64,000 nt of DNA. Source: Myxococcota bacterium (GTDB lineage: Bacteria > Myxococcota_A > UBA796 > GCA-2862545). The notes beneath the pieces were generated by a model. The model did not search any database. It was not told the DNA's origin and saw only the letters and a program-made list of their open reading frames with translations. This document shows positions 48,047 through 58,643 of this stretch, in pieces (position 1 is the stretch's first letter; every line of letters begins with the position of its first letter). The stretch is from positions 1 through 64,000 of the forward strand of contig JBCCQY010000034.1 of assembly GCA_039208735.1 (NCBI GenBank), written 5' to 3'. A program made the translations under genes and the position numbers.

Positions 48047-49945
48047 CTAGGCACGCGCCGAGACCTCGCGAAGCGCGTCGCCTAGGACGGCCTTCAGCTT
48101 CTCAGCCACCGTTGGGTCATCGTTTTCGGTGAGTTCGTACCGAAAATCTTCCCCAAGCCGACGAAGAGCGGGGGTCCAACTTGCCAGCGCAGTCGCCGAA
48201 CCGCGGATCAGCCGAAAAAACCCCTCGGACGTACGGTGAACTTCGAGCCTTCTTGGCGAGAAGGGGAACCCTCTTAGGACGAGATGTTGCACATGGGGAT
48301 TGTCTGCAAGCGCGGCCAGACCACGCGACGTGACGTGAGTGAGTTCCACAACCTCGATTGGCGCGCGGCGCACCGCATCGACGTCCTCGTCCTGCAATGT
48401 CAGCACCACGGGCGCACGCGGAAGCCGATCCAGCGTGCGAAGCCCCTTGACCTCCCCGGGAATACCCAAGTGGTAACCAGCGCCTTCGCCCAACCCAGAG
48501 AGGAGCGGGAGATGGTCAAGCTGCGCGAGGAGCGGGAGGGAGGTCCGCGTCGGCGAATGCCAGTGTTGATACACCGCAACCGCCGGTGGCCTCGCCAGAT
48601 CAATTCCGAAGCCCTGGTCTGTCTTCACAAGCCACACACCGTCTTCTCGTGGCTCCCAGGCTGACACGAAGAAAAACACACGCTCGACCTCGGGTGACAT
48701 GACCTCCAGCATCCGCTTCAGGATGGCCTGGTCTACCCTTCCGTTTGGGTCTCCCCGGTGGCGAATCCACAGGCACAGTTCCTGGCTCTTCACCGCGGCC
48801 ACCTGATGAACGTCGGTCGGCGAGATAGTCAGTTCAATCCTTCTCAACCTAGGAAACAGGTCCTGCGCATCCGACAGGGTGCGGTCATCGTCCAACCACC
48901 CGAAAGTGCAATCAACCTGGATTGCTTCAAGCTGCGGACATGCCTCGGCAATCCAGTGCCGGTCGTGCACGCTGAATGAACCCAAACTCCGAAGGTTCGG
49001 AAGGTTCGAACTCGTGAGGAAGTCTCGCATCCTCGGTCCGCCAAAGGCCGCTGGCGGAAGGTGCAACCGTCGCACCGTCCGTAATGCTGGCGAATCGACC
49101 AACGCTTCCAGATAAGTCAACCGCTCGATGGTCAAGGTGTCGAGAAATCCTCGACAGGGTCTTAGGTGACGGGTCGAAGCGACCAGCGTTGCTCCGAACC
49201 AGTCTTTGCCGTGCCGTAGGACCAACCGGTGGTTCTCGTAGGTCCACCTGCCTTGAAGCTGACGACGTGTGAATGCCCCTCGTGGATTCCCCTGCTGGAT
49301 CCAGAGATCGGCGAGCACCTCACGCGGCTCGTCTTCATTGGGATTCGCGACAATCGCGTCAATCAGGACCGCTTCCATAGGGTTTGCGTCATCGAACCGG
49401 CGTCCCCAGGCTACGACCTGGGCCTCGGCGTCGGGCGGCAACGCAGTCGGAGCAACTGCTTCGCTTCGAATCGCCATGATCTGGCGGGCTAGCTTCGCCC
49501 GTGGTCCAACCACAGGCCCGAACCTCCGAGCAGCCACCTCGGCTAGGTTCGTTCCATGGGGAAGCCCCTCTCGAAGCACACGCTCGACGAGCGCTTCGAA
49601 ACGTTCCCGATGCTTGGCGTAGGGAGGCCGTTCGACCCACCTTTGGGCCGCGGCAACGATGCGAGGGTCTGCACCACGTTGCCAGAGCACATCAAGGCGC
49701 TCCACCGCCTCCTCAACTCGGGAAGAACACAGGGTCTCGAGCAGCGCCTCGACCTGCGTGTCCCGTCCCGACATTGCGTGTGCGATCCAGGCCGTGTGAG
49801 CCTTCAATGACCCTGGAGGCAGCAGTGCTACCGGCTCGCTGGCGATTCTTCCGAGTTCCGCGATGATGCGCTCGAGCCGTGGGTCGCGCGTGCGCCGCCA
49901 CAACCTCAGCGCCTCGGTCAACTCGGCCGCGGGATCGTCGGACAT
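48047..49945 (-). CDS. Protein with internal TIGR02996 domain and degenerate LRR-like region
   Basis: LIDAIVANPNEDEPREVLADLWIQQGNPRG...RGFL...LRTVRRLHL. Confidence 0.78.
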   Translation of the reverse strand: MSDDPAAELTEALRLWRRTRDPRLERIIAELGRIASEPVALLPPGSLKAHTAWIAHAMSGRDTQVEALLETLCSSRVEEAVERLDVLWQRGADPRIVAAAQRWVERPPYAKHRERFEALVERVLREGLPHGTNLAEVAARRFGPVVGPRAKLARQIMAIRSEAVAPTALPPDAEAQVVAWGRRFDDANPMEAVLIDAIVANPNEDEPREVLADLWIQQGNPRGAFTRRQLQGRWTYENHRLVLRHGKDWFGATLVASTRHLRPCRGFLDTLTIERLTYLEALVDSPALRTVRRLHLPPAAFGGPRMRDFLTSSNLPNLRSLGSFSVHDRHWIAEACPQLEAIQVDCTFGWLDDDRTLSDAQDLFPRLRRIELTISPTDVHQVAAVKSQELCLWIRHRGDPNGRVDQAILKRMLEVMSPEVERVFFFVSAWEPREDGVWLVKTDQGFGIDLARPPAVAVYQHWHSPTRTSLPLLAQLDHLPLLSGLGEGAGYHLGIPGEVKGLRTLDRLPRAPVVLTLQDEDVDAVRRAPIEVVELTHVTSRGLAALADNPHVQHLVLRGFPFSPRRLEVHRTSEGFFRLIRGSATALASWTPALRRLGEDFRYELTENDDPTVAEKLKAVLGDALREVSARA

Positions 49946-50051
49946 CGCACTTTATCCTTCGCACCGTTCATCAGCGAGAAACCCTCTTAACCAGAATAAC
50001 GATGGAACCCCTAAGCTCGACAGGGCATCCTTGGCACAATGAGGGGGCCGC

Positions 50052-51083
50052 GTGGTGGCATGGATAGCAATGACGGTCCTCGCCTATGGGCAGGCGCCTA
50101 CCCTCGAGACCAAGAACAAGCAGGTGCCTCTTACGAGAGCCAAGGTTGACGCTCGGATCGAAACCCCACCAGAGCGCCGCCCTGCGGAATGGGCACCTCG
50201 AGTCGAAATGGGGATTGAGCAACACTTTGAGCCATCGAAGCGCCTTGCCAAGCACGGCGGCCGGTACCGCTTGGCGCTTTCTCCCGCTGCCCAACTTCGC
50301 ATGGTGGTGCTTCGATGTGGCGATGGCCCCATCGAGAACCGGGCCCCAACGGTGCAGCGCGACGAAAGGACGGGGGATCGAGTTCTCGTCCTCGACCTTG
50401 AGCCCTGCGAGTCGAGCGTCCAGATTGCACTCCAGCAAACGACCAGAGCGGAGTTCTCCGACGGGAGAGCCACCATCACGATGCCTAGAGATCACATCGT
50501 AGCCATGCGTTTTGCCTCGAATGCGGCGCTGGCCGTCCAGTCCGAGACCCACCAACTCGAGGAGCGGCTGAGCAAGGGGGAGCGTTGGGTCAATCTCCCG
50601 GGAACGGAACCGGGAAACCCGATCATCGCTTGGGAGGTCCCCCCGGCCAAAGCGGATCGCGCCGAACCTAGCCTAGCCATCGGTGGCCTCATCGGCGTGA
50701 AGCGCCCACCTGAACGGCGTCACTGGCGAGGCCCCAAGAGCCCAGGAGGGCTCGTGCAATTGGGCGATTCGACCGTCCTCGGCAAGCTGGAACGAGCATC
50801 GCTGAATGCGACCCTCGAACGTGAACTTGCGGAACTCGAAGCCTGCTTCACACCCCGGCTGAAGGAAGCCCCCGAGCTGAAAGGCACCGTCATCGTGAAG
50901 GTCACGGTGGCCAGCGATGGCTCGGTGAGCAAGGCGACTCGCAAAGCTGGCACGCTCGACGACGAGGTAGTTCAGGAGTGCGTTGTGGAGCGCTTCAGCC
51001 GCCTACGTTTCGCGCCGCCAGGGGGCGGTGGCATCGTGATTGCCAGCGTTCCCCTTATCTTTAGACCTCACGGAGCGGAATGA
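50052..51083 (+). CDS. Secreted protein with AgmX/PglI-type (TonB C-terminal-like) domain
   Basis: ELEACF...PELKGTVIVKVTVASDGSV...VQECV...LRFAPPGGGGIVIASVPLIF. Confidence 0.8.
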   Translation: MVAWIAMTVLAYGQAPTLETKNKQVPLTRAKVDARIETPPERRPAEWAPRVEMGIEQHFEPSKRLAKHGGRYRLALSPAAQLRMVVLRCGDGPIENRAPTVQRDERTGDRVLVLDLEPCESSVQIALQQTTRAEFSDGRATITMPRDHIVAMRFASNAALAVQSETHQLEERLSKGERWVNLPGTEPGNPIIAWEVPPAKADRAEPSLAIGGLIGVKRPPERRHWRGPKSPGGLVQLGDSTVLGKLERASLNATLERELAELEACFTPRLKEAPELKGTVIVKVTVASDGSVSKATRKAGTLDDEVVQECVVERFSRLRFAPPGGGGIVIASVPLIFRPHGAE

Positions 51084-51507
51084 CCAAGCCAAGCGCCATC
51101 GCCGGCCACCCACCTCGCCGCAGCGGGGACCAGGCAGCGTTCACCAAGTTTGCGGCCGGATCTGATTGAGGGTCGGCGGTTGGTGGAAGCACTCGGACTT
51201 TCCAAGGTCGAGGCTAGCTATTTTGCCGACCTTGACGGCCGGCGTCGAGGTGTTCCTCGATGCGATGGGACTGAGCCACGACGTGGTTCTGTTCACCGGT
51301 CCGGTGCCACGACACCTCCCACGAGCCCGAGTCCAGCGGGGGGAGGTTCGCGTTCGTTCCTTGAACCTTCGTGCCTACCGTAGGGGGCACTTCGGTGGTG
51401 TAAACCAACAGAATACTGAAGCCTCATCCTAATTAATCATCAAAGGACGAAATTTATTTCGCGATAAACATTGCACATCTTAAAGCGTGACGTAACAGAG
51501 CTGGCCG

Positions 51508-51885
51508 ATGGAGGTCAGGTTGACTGCACAGGTGATTCCTTGGCTATTCACGCTCACCGCCTATCGAGAAGTCGTTGGCGACTGGCAGGCGATCAACGTC
51601 TCCACCCTCAACCAGCGAAGCACTGCAAGCGGCATCCTCGAAATCGATCGAGACGGCGAAACCCTGCTGGACATTGAGTTTACCGGTGAGGGCCCGTCCG
51701 GCACGATCCGGGCGATTGGGATCACCGACCTCGAAAATCGGTTTTCCCTTGTTGGTACCTTTGGGCCGGACGACAGGCCCATCGGCATTGAAGGCACTTG
51801 GAACCGTTCAGACCAATCGCTCGTTTGCCTCTTCGATCTTGATGATGTGGATTGGACCCTGTTGTTGCGACGGGCATCGCGCTGA
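51508..51885 (+). CDS. Hypothetical protein
   Basis: 125-aa ORF after an AT-rich segment at about 51400-51490. Confidence 0.45.
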   Translation: MEVRLTAQVIPWLFTLTAYREVVGDWQAINVSTLNQRSTASGILEIDRDGETLLDIEFTGEGPSGTIRAIGITDLENRFSLVGTFGPDDRPIGIEGTWNRSDQSLVCLFDLDDVDWTLLLRRASR

Positions 51886-51996
51886 GTCCAACCCAACGAC
51901 CCTGAACGCCTCGCTCCACGCAACGTCATGGGCTACGTCAGCGCGTCGTGAGAACCGCGACCGCCGAGCCGATCCGCGTTCGATCGAGGTCCCACC

Positions 51997-54165
51997 ATGC
52001 TCATCAACGCTGTGATCGCGTCGGCACTTGGACAATCGACCGACCCTTCAGCCGCTGAGGGGTCAACGGAACCCGACGAAGACCTACCTGAGATCATCGT
52101 CGACGGCCAACATCTTCGCGATCTGTCCAATATGGCAGGCACGACGTCGGTGATCACCGAGTCTGATCTGGACAGGATGGCGCCAATGTCGACCACCGAA
52201 GCACTGTCGTTGGCTCCTGGCGTGTTCGTCAATGTGGAGGAAATGTCGGGGCTGCGACAGAACATTGGCATCCGAGGCCTTCTTCCTGACCGAAGCAGCA
52301 AGGTCACGATCCTGGAAGACGGGGTCCCAGTCACCCTCGCCCCCTACGGCGAGCCCGCGCTCTACGTCACCCCTGTCGTCGATCGACTCCGACGCATCGA
52401 GGTGATCAAGGGGGCGGGAAGCATCCAGTACGGCCCGCAGACGGTTGGGGGGGTCGTGAACTACCTCACCCACTCCGCACCCGAGACCCTCCGGTGGCAT
52501 GCCGAGGTTCGAGGTGGAACCTGGGGGCACGTACAAGGAATCGGCTCGGTCGGAAACACCGTCGGCCAGGTCGGCTACCGCCTCGACGTGAGCCACCTCG
52601 AACTTAGGGGCGATCGACGCCAGGATGTCTCTCGCACGGACGTTAACGCACGTCTCGACCTCGCCCTCGACGACCGACACTCCTTGGTGGTCAAGCTGCA
52701 GGCCTACCACGAAGACAGCCGGGCGACGTACTTGGGATTGACCACCCCGCAGTTCGCCGCAGATCCCCTTCTCGTCTTGGCTCGCCACGACCGTTTCGTC
52801 GCCGACCGCATCGGGGGCATGGTCCGCCACAAGCTGGCACAGCCACACTGGACGGTCGTGAGTACGATCTATAGCCACCAGGTCGGCCGCGACTGGCGAC
52901 GGCAAGGCTTTGACCGAATGGACGAGGGCGGGGACTACGAGTGGGTCGTGGGCCCGACCGGAACGCCGTGTGCGTTCGACTGTCCAGACGACGGGTCCGC
53001 CGTGTTCCTCGAGGAGCGAGGCCGCACCCGAAGCCGGTCGTTTCAGGTTCTCGGGTTCGAGACCCGCACTCAATTCGAGGCCCACCCCGGAAAGCCGGGG
53101 CACCGGTTCGAGGTCGGAGCGCGCACGCATCTGGAGTCCATCGAGGAACGCATTTTCGAACTCGAAGACGTCACCCAAGGCGTTGGTGACTTGGGACGGG
53201 CCGAGCGCCGGTCCACCACTGCCGGTGCGACGTGGGGATTGCTCTCGCTGCAATCAAGGGATGGAATCTTCAGCCTCGCCCCCGGCATCCGGCTCGAAGC
53301 CATGCGATTCGTCAACACCCGTCTTCGAAACAACGAGGGGGACTTGCCCGAAAATCGGGTTGCCAACCTGGACCTAATCGTGCCACTGCCTGGGCTGGGT
53401 GGCAGGTTTGAACCCATCAAAGACATCGTGTTCTTTGCGGGGGTCCACCGCGGTTTCTCGCCGCCGAGAACCCGAGACACCTTGGACGACGATGGCCGCC
53501 CCGTTGCGCTCGACGCCGAGGTGTCCATCAACAGTGAAGTGGGCATCCGCATCGAAAGCCGAGCCTGGATTCGTGCAGAACTCGCAGCCTTCCATCTCGA
53601 CTTTCGGCGCCAGGTGATCCCGCCCACCGAGTCGGCACTCGCCGACGCACAACTCGGTGTGAACAGCGGAGAAAGCACTCATACCGGTGGCGAATTCGGT
53701 CTGTGGCTCGATGTGGGACGAGCGCTCAAGTCGACCCTCGAAGTGCCCGTGAACGTAAGCGGGACCCTGCTGCGAACGCGACTCGGCGACGGATGGGGTC
53801 GCGAGCAACTCGGCAATGCGCTTCCCTACGCGCCTGCCGCCCAGCTGACGGTCGCGGTCGGCGCCTGGCACCCCCGCGGCTGGGGGGCTCAGCTCCGAAC
53901 CCAGTACGTGGGCGCGATGTTCGCCGACCGCGGCAACGCCGTTCAGGCCACCGCGGATGGGCTCCTCGGACGGATTCCGGAGCGGTGGGTGGCCGATGGG
54001 CGAGTCGCTTGGCAACATCGCTCATCGGGCCTGTCCATCGCGTTGACGGTCAAAAACCTGACCGACGCGGTCTACCTTTCCTCTCGTTCACCGAGCGGCA
54101 TCCAGCCTGGCCCCCGTCGGCATGTGTTGCTCTCGGTGGCCACCCGCACTCCGTCAACGCGTTAG
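51997..54165 (+). CDS. TonB-dependent receptor (FecA-like)
   Basis: Plug motifs NIGIRGL, ILEDGVP..APYG, RIEVIKG..SIQYGPQTVGGVVNY; C-terminal VKNLTD..Y...PGPRR. Confidence 0.92.
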   Translation: MLINAVIASALGQSTDPSAAEGSTEPDEDLPEIIVDGQHLRDLSNMAGTTSVITESDLDRMAPMSTTEALSLAPGVFVNVEEMSGLRQNIGIRGLLPDRSSKVTILEDGVPVTLAPYGEPALYVTPVVDRLRRIEVIKGAGSIQYGPQTVGGVVNYLTHSAPETLRWHAEVRGGTWGHVQGIGSVGNTVGQVGYRLDVSHLELRGDRRQDVSRTDVNARLDLALDDRHSLVVKLQAYHEDSRATYLGLTTPQFAADPLLVLARHDRFVADRIGGMVRHKLAQPHWTVVSTIYSHQVGRDWRRQGFDRMDEGGDYEWVVGPTGTPCAFDCPDDGSAVFLEERGRTRSRSFQVLGFETRTQFEAHPGKPGHRFEVGARTHLESIEERIFELEDVTQGVGDLGRAERRSTTAGATWGLLSLQSRDGIFSLAPGIRLEAMRFVNTRLRNNEGDLPENRVANLDLIVPLPGLGGRFEPIKDIVFFAGVHRGFSPPRTRDTLDDDGRPVALDAEVSINSEVGIRIESRAWIRAELAAFHLDFRRQVIPPTESALADAQLGVNSGESTHTGGEFGLWLDVGRALKSTLEVPVNVSGTLLRTRLGDGWGREQLGNALPYAPAAQLTVAVGAWHPRGWGAQLRTQYVGAMFADRGNAVQATADGLLGRIPERWVADGRVAWQHRSSGLSIALTVKNLTDAVYLSSRSPSGIQPGPRRHVLLSVATRTPSTR

Positions 54166-57100
54166 CGAGGTTCCCAGCTCGGAAGCCGGCCCGGCGTCCA
54201 GGGGGCTCCGCTCTGCTCGACCTCTTGCTCGAGGGCGGTCAGGTCATCCTCCAGGCGCCTCAGCTGTGGAAGCACCTTTTCGAACTCCGCCGATGCGATC
54301 GCGTAGGCTTCTCGGTGCGTACCCGTCGGCGCGGCCAGGCTGCTCCAGTGCCCCCCCACGATGCTGCCGACCCGAGCCCGGATCGACCATGGCGCAGGCT
54401 CGTTGCGGCCCGCCAAGGTCCAGTCGCCCGTCATGACCACGTCGAGATCTTCAAGCACCGCCTCTAGCGCGCTCAGTCGGTCGCGGAGAGGCTCGGAGAG
54501 TTCGGGCGTTCGTTCAAAGGCCGCCTTGAGATGGTCAATCCGAGAGTGGAGTTCACCCATGGAGCGTCCAGCCCCGGATACCGCCCGACTCAACGCGGCG
54601 GTCTCGTTTTGGAACGCGAGCAATCCCGCACGATCGTCGGTCACGAGCGGACTCTCCACGGGCAGAGGTCGCACCTCGAAGGACGCTCCCTTCCCGAGGG
54701 TGGTGAGCTTGCCATCAACCCGCTTCGCGAGCGTCACGCGATACGTGCCGGGGAGCACCAGAGGTCCCTTTGGCGCCTCCCACCACGGGGGCCGAAACTC
54801 GGGCGCCTCAAGCGATACGGGCTCGCGACTCGGATACCGAAGGTCCCAGGCAACGCGGTGCATGCCCGGGGCCGCCGGGGCGGTCAGCCGCCGAACCACT
54901 CGACCCTCGCTGTCCTCCACCACGAGCACGACGCTGGGCGCTTCCTCCCGGTCTTCACGACGTAGCGCCTCCCAACTCGGGTAGGGATTGTCGTCGCCAT
55001 CGCCCAGACGCTCGCGTTCGGCATCGCGCCGCTGTTTGCGCAGGGTCTCGTAGCCATCGCGCAGGTAATACGTGAAGACCGCGCCGTGGGGCGGGTTGTC
55101 AACCTGGTAGTAATCCGCGCCCCGACTCCCCTTTTCGCCGCCGCCGAACTTCTGACGAGGCACGTACTGCCAGGCATCCTTCGCTGCAAAGAGGGTAGCC
55201 TCCCTCTCTTCGAGCGACTCAGCCGATGTCCGCAAGGGGCTGAAGTCGTCCAGTACGTAAATCCCACGACCGAACGTCCCTACCAGCAGATCGCTTTCCC
55301 GACGTTGGATCTCGAGATCCCGAACGCTGATGGTGGGCAGCCCGCCCTTCAACGGAACCCAGTGTTTGCCTCGGTCCTGCGTGAAGTAGACCCCGAACTC
55401 CGTGCCGACGAACAGCAGGTCAGGGTCGACGTGATCTTCGACGATGGCGTGAACCGCTCCGCGCAACGGGAGGTCACCGGAGATGAGACGCCAGCTTCGC
55501 CCTTGGTTGCTGCTTCGAAGCACATAGGGCTTGTGGTCTCCCTTCTTATGGTTGTCGATCACGGCGTAGGCCACGTTCACGTCGTGAAGCGAGGCTTCGA
55601 TATCCTCGACGTAGGCGAGGTCTGGCACACCCGGGAACGACCGGGTCTTACGCCAACTCTCACCGCCATTACGCGTGACCTGAATCAACCCATCATCCGT
55701 GCTGACGTAAATGAGCCCCTCTTTCAACGGGCTCTCGGCGATTCCGATGAGCGAGCCCCAAAAAGAGGTCGAGTCGTTCTTGGCCACCGCATCGACGCTC
55801 CACACGCGACCCATGACCTTCAGGGCATTCCGGTCGATTTGGCGTGTGAGATCGGGGCTCACCACGGTCCAGCTGCTGCCACGGTCGTCGCTTCGAAAGA
55901 GACGCTCGGCGCCGTAGTACAAGCGATTGGAGTCGTGAGGACTGATGAGGAGCGGGCTGTTCCAATTCCATCGGTATTGGGGGGCGCCGCTGGGCGGCTG
56001 CGGGGCAATGTAGACCAACTCACCCGTGGTGCGGTCGTAGCGAGCGAGACCGCCGTATTGGTACTGGGCGTAAATCACGTTGGCATCGGTGGGATCGATC
56101 TGCGGCTCGTAGCCGTCCCCTCCGACGACGATGGTCCAGTCTTCGTTGGTGATTCCTTCCTCGAACGTCGTTTGGGAAGGCCCGCAAAGGCTGTTGTTGT
56201 CCTGCGTCCCGCCGCACACGTTGTAGAACGGCGCATCGTTGTCAGCCGCAATCCGGTAGAATTGGACGATAGGCAGCGCATCGAGGTGACTCCATCGCTC
56301 CCCATAGTCGAACGACTCGTAGATTCCGCCGTCACAGCCCATCCGCAAATGGCCAGGATGGTTGGGGTCAATCCACAGTGCGTGGTCATCGACGTGTTTG
56401 TGTTCCGACCCGAGGCGTGAAAACGTCTGTCCGCCATCGATCGAGACGTGGGTGAAGGTATCGAGTACGTAGACTCGATCCTCGTCGGTCGGATCGATGA
56501 CCAGCTCGTTGTAGTACTGGGGACTCGAGGTTCGGTAGTCGCTGACCTTGTTCCACGATTCGCCGAAATCATCGGACCGATACACCCCGGCACCGCCCTT
56601 CTCTTCGGCCTTGCCCTCGAGAGGTTCGACCTCGATGATGGCGTACACCACATTCGGAGCGCTGGGGGCCGAGGCGAGCCCGATGCGGCCCATCTCGACC
56701 GAGGGGAGTCCAGAGGTGATCTGAGTCCAGGTCTGCCCGCCATCGATGGACTTGTGAATCCCGCTGCCCGGCCCGCCATTCAGCAGCGTCCAAAGGTGCC
56801 GGCGACGCTGGTAGGTAGAGACGAGGAGTTCGTTCGGGCGCGTGGGGTGGAGGACGATCTCGTTAGCGCCCGTGTCGGCGTCGATCGCGAGTACGCGCTG
56901 CCAACGTTCACCGCCGTCGGTGGTCTTGTAGAGGCCCCGTTCGCCACCACTGTTCCAGAGGGGGCCCTGGGCGGCGACATAGACGGTGTCGGAGTCAGAC
57001 GGGTCAATGACGATGTCGCCGATGTGGGCAGAATCCTGCAGGCCCATGTTGCGCCAGCTCTTTCCCCCGTCGGTGGAGCGGTAGACCCCATCACCATAGG

Positions 57101-57458
57101 CGACGCTGCGTTGTGCGTTGTTCTCGCCGGTTCCTACCCACACCACTTGGGGATTGCTGGGATCGATCTCCACGACCCCAGTGGCGAAGCTCGCCTCGCC
57201 ATCGAAAAGAGGTTGCCAGGTGTTTCCATTGTCTTCGGTCAACCAGAGCCCGCCGGACGCAACCGCAGCAAAGTACCGATGAGGTCGCTCTCGGTGCACG
57301 GCAAAGTCAGCGACCCGGCCGGATGGGAATGCGGGCCCGAGTGCACGGACGCTCAGGCCATCAAATGGGCTCGAGTTCTCCTCCTGATCCGTGGGTTTCG
57401 AGTACGCCGTCGTGGACAGCACGAGGGCGATGAAGAGGCTTGCGATGATGGTTGGCAT
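54162..57458 (-). CDS. Secreted BNR/VPS10-type beta-propeller protein (glycosyl hydrolase-like)
   Basis: GPAFPSGRV, WVGTGE; many Asp-boxes (STDGGKSW, TTDGGERW, SDDFGESW); GGTQDN, GTFGRG. Confidence 0.92.
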   Translation of the reverse strand: MPTIIASLFIALVLSTTAYSKPTDQEENSSPFDGLSVRALGPAFPSGRVADFAVHRERPHRYFAAVASGGLWLTEDNGNTWQPLFDGEASFATGVVEIDPSNPQVVWVGTGENNAQRSVAYGDGVYRSTDGGKSWRNMGLQDSAHIGDIVIDPSDSDTVYVAAQGPLWNSGGERGLYKTTDGGERWQRVLAIDADTGANEIVLHPTRPNELLVSTYQRRRHLWTLLNGGPGSGIHKSIDGGQTWTQITSGLPSVEMGRIGLASAPSAPNVVYAIIEVEPLEGKAEEKGGAGVYRSDDFGESWNKVSDYRTSSPQYYNELVIDPTDEDRVYVLDTFTHVSIDGGQTFSRLGSEHKHVDDHALWIDPNHPGHLRMGCDGGIYESFDYGERWSHLDALPIVQFYRIAADNDAPFYNVCGGTQDNNSLCGPSQTTFEEGITNEDWTIVVGGDGYEPQIDPTDANVIYAQYQYGGLARYDRTTGELVYIAPQPPSGAPQYRWNWNSPLLISPHDSNRLYYGAERLFRSDDRGSSWTVVSPDLTRQIDRNALKVMGRVWSVDAVAKNDSTSFWGSLIGIAESPLKEGLIYVSTDDGLIQVTRNGGESWRKTRSFPGVPDLAYVEDIEASLHDVNVAYAVIDNHKKGDHKPYVLRSSNQGRSWRLISGDLPLRGAVHAIVEDHVDPDLLFVGTEFGVYFTQDRGKHWVPLKGGLPTISVRDLEIQRRESDLLVGTFGRGIYVLDDFSPLRTSAESLEEREATLFAAKDAWQYVPRQKFGGGEKGSRGADYYQVDNPPHGAVFTYYLRDGYETLRKQRRDAERERLGDGDDNPYPSWEALRREDREEAPSVVLVVEDSEGRVVRRLTAPAAPGMHRVAWDLRYPSREPVSLEAPEFRPPWWEAPKGPLVLPGTYRVTLAKRVDGKLTTLGKGASFEVRPLPVESPLVTDDRAGLLAFQNETAALSRAVSGAGRSMGELHSRIDHLKAAFERTPELSEPLRDRLSALEAVLEDLDVVMTGDWTLAGRNEPAPWSIRARVGSIVGGHWSSLAAPTGTHREAYAIASAEFEKVLPQLRRLEDDLTALEQEVEQSGAPWTPGRLPSWEPR

Positions 57459-57524
57459 GGCGCCACTTTTAAATCAGGTGGAGGGTTTCGTCGTACCCAC
57501 CCGGCCAACAAATGGGCCCAACGG

Positions 57525-58349
57525 TCATGGGAGTTCCCGCAGCGCCCGTCGAATCGCCACCGCCGAGGCCACAGTGTCGTCGAGCCGCAAGTCAGGATTC
57601 CGCCGCGCCACCTCGACGAGCCGCCCGAACGTGGCCCTAGGCACATCTGCGACCGCGTCCCAAGCAACGGCATCGGCAGGCGGAGCGGTGAGGATCAGCG
57701 CTGGCATGGGCCGGTAGGCGGGGCCGGGCGCGCCAAGGATCATTCGCCACGTTTTACGACACTGGGCGGCATAGGCCTCCAACGTGGCCTCACGCCAGTC
57801 CCGTGAGCCAAGCTCAAGGTGGCGACATCGGTTCGCGGCGAGCGCCGCTGCGGCATTGCTCACCCCTGTCACGCCCGTGGTACCTCGCCAACCGGCAACA
57901 CAGACGCTCCGAACCGCGCGCCAGGCAAGACGCTGCGGAATCGGCACCTCGGCGCCCCAGCCGAGCGAGAGCCGGCGGTACCATTGAAAGGCCAAACGCG
58001 GCGTAGCGACCGCTCGAGCTCGACGAAGGTCAGTCAGAGCCTCGTGGGCGAGTCGAATCGGCGCATCGCCCACGTCCTCCAACAGTGGCAACGCACGTCT
58101 CACGCCAAGCACGGTGGCATCCACGAGCGCCCAACGATCCAGTCGGTGCAGGTGAGGCATGAGCGAGACCGCCTCATGATGGAAACTCAGCCCCTCCACC
58201 AGATACCTCCATGCTAAACGCGTGGTGCGCAACGCAAGACGGGTTTGTTGCGCCTCTTGACGGGCGCGATTCAAAGCGGCGATGCGACGGGCGTGAATGC
58301 CCGACGCCGTTCGGACACGACAGCGGCGCTGCCGACGATGTGTAGCCAT
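57525..58349 (-). CDS. Hypothetical Arg/Ala-rich protein
   Basis: GAGG RBS before ATG 58349; no family motif recognised. Confidence 0.55.
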   Translation of the reverse strand: MATHRRQRRCRVRTASGIHARRIAALNRARQEAQQTRLALRTTRLAWRYLVEGLSFHHEAVSLMPHLHRLDRWALVDATVLGVRRALPLLEDVGDAPIRLAHEALTDLRRARAVATPRLAFQWYRRLSLGWGAEVPIPQRLAWRAVRSVCVAGWRGTTGVTGVSNAAAALAANRCRHLELGSRDWREATLEAYAAQCRKTWRMILGAPGPAYRPMPALILTAPPADAVAWDAVADVPRATFGRLVEVARRNPDLRLDDTVASAVAIRRALRELP

Positions 58350-58547
58350 GAAGTCCTCGGGCGAAGGACCAAGTCGAAGCTTGGTCATCCGAAAGCTCGG
58401 GCGGCGGGCCAAACCCGATCGTCAGGCCCGATGAATGCGCCTCAGAGGCAGTCGAGGATGTGGAGGAGAAAACGCATGGTTGCTCCCGCCGTCATGGATT
58501 CACGGTTCAGCTAAGCGCTCCGAGGCCATCCGTCGACCAGCCGCAAA

Positions 58548-58599
58548 GTCAACGGTGTTGACGCACGAGCCTCAACCCCTTAATGTCAACACCGATGAT
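58548..58599 (+). promoter_or_regulatory. Sigma70-like promoter overlapped by two operator-like dyads
   Basis: TTGACG (58558-58563), 17-nt spacer, TAATGT (58581-58586); GTCAAC-ggt-GTTGAC at 58548-58562 and GTCAAC-acc-GATGAT at 58585-58599. Confidence 0.65.
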
Positions 58600-58643
58600 T
58601 TCGCTACCGAAGGTGGATGCGAAGCCGATCCTGGAGGAAAGCA

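Noticed and set aside
55086..57806. Long + strand ORFs (55086-56420, 56448-57806)
   Set aside because: Antisense to the BNR/VPS10 gene; no recognisable motifs
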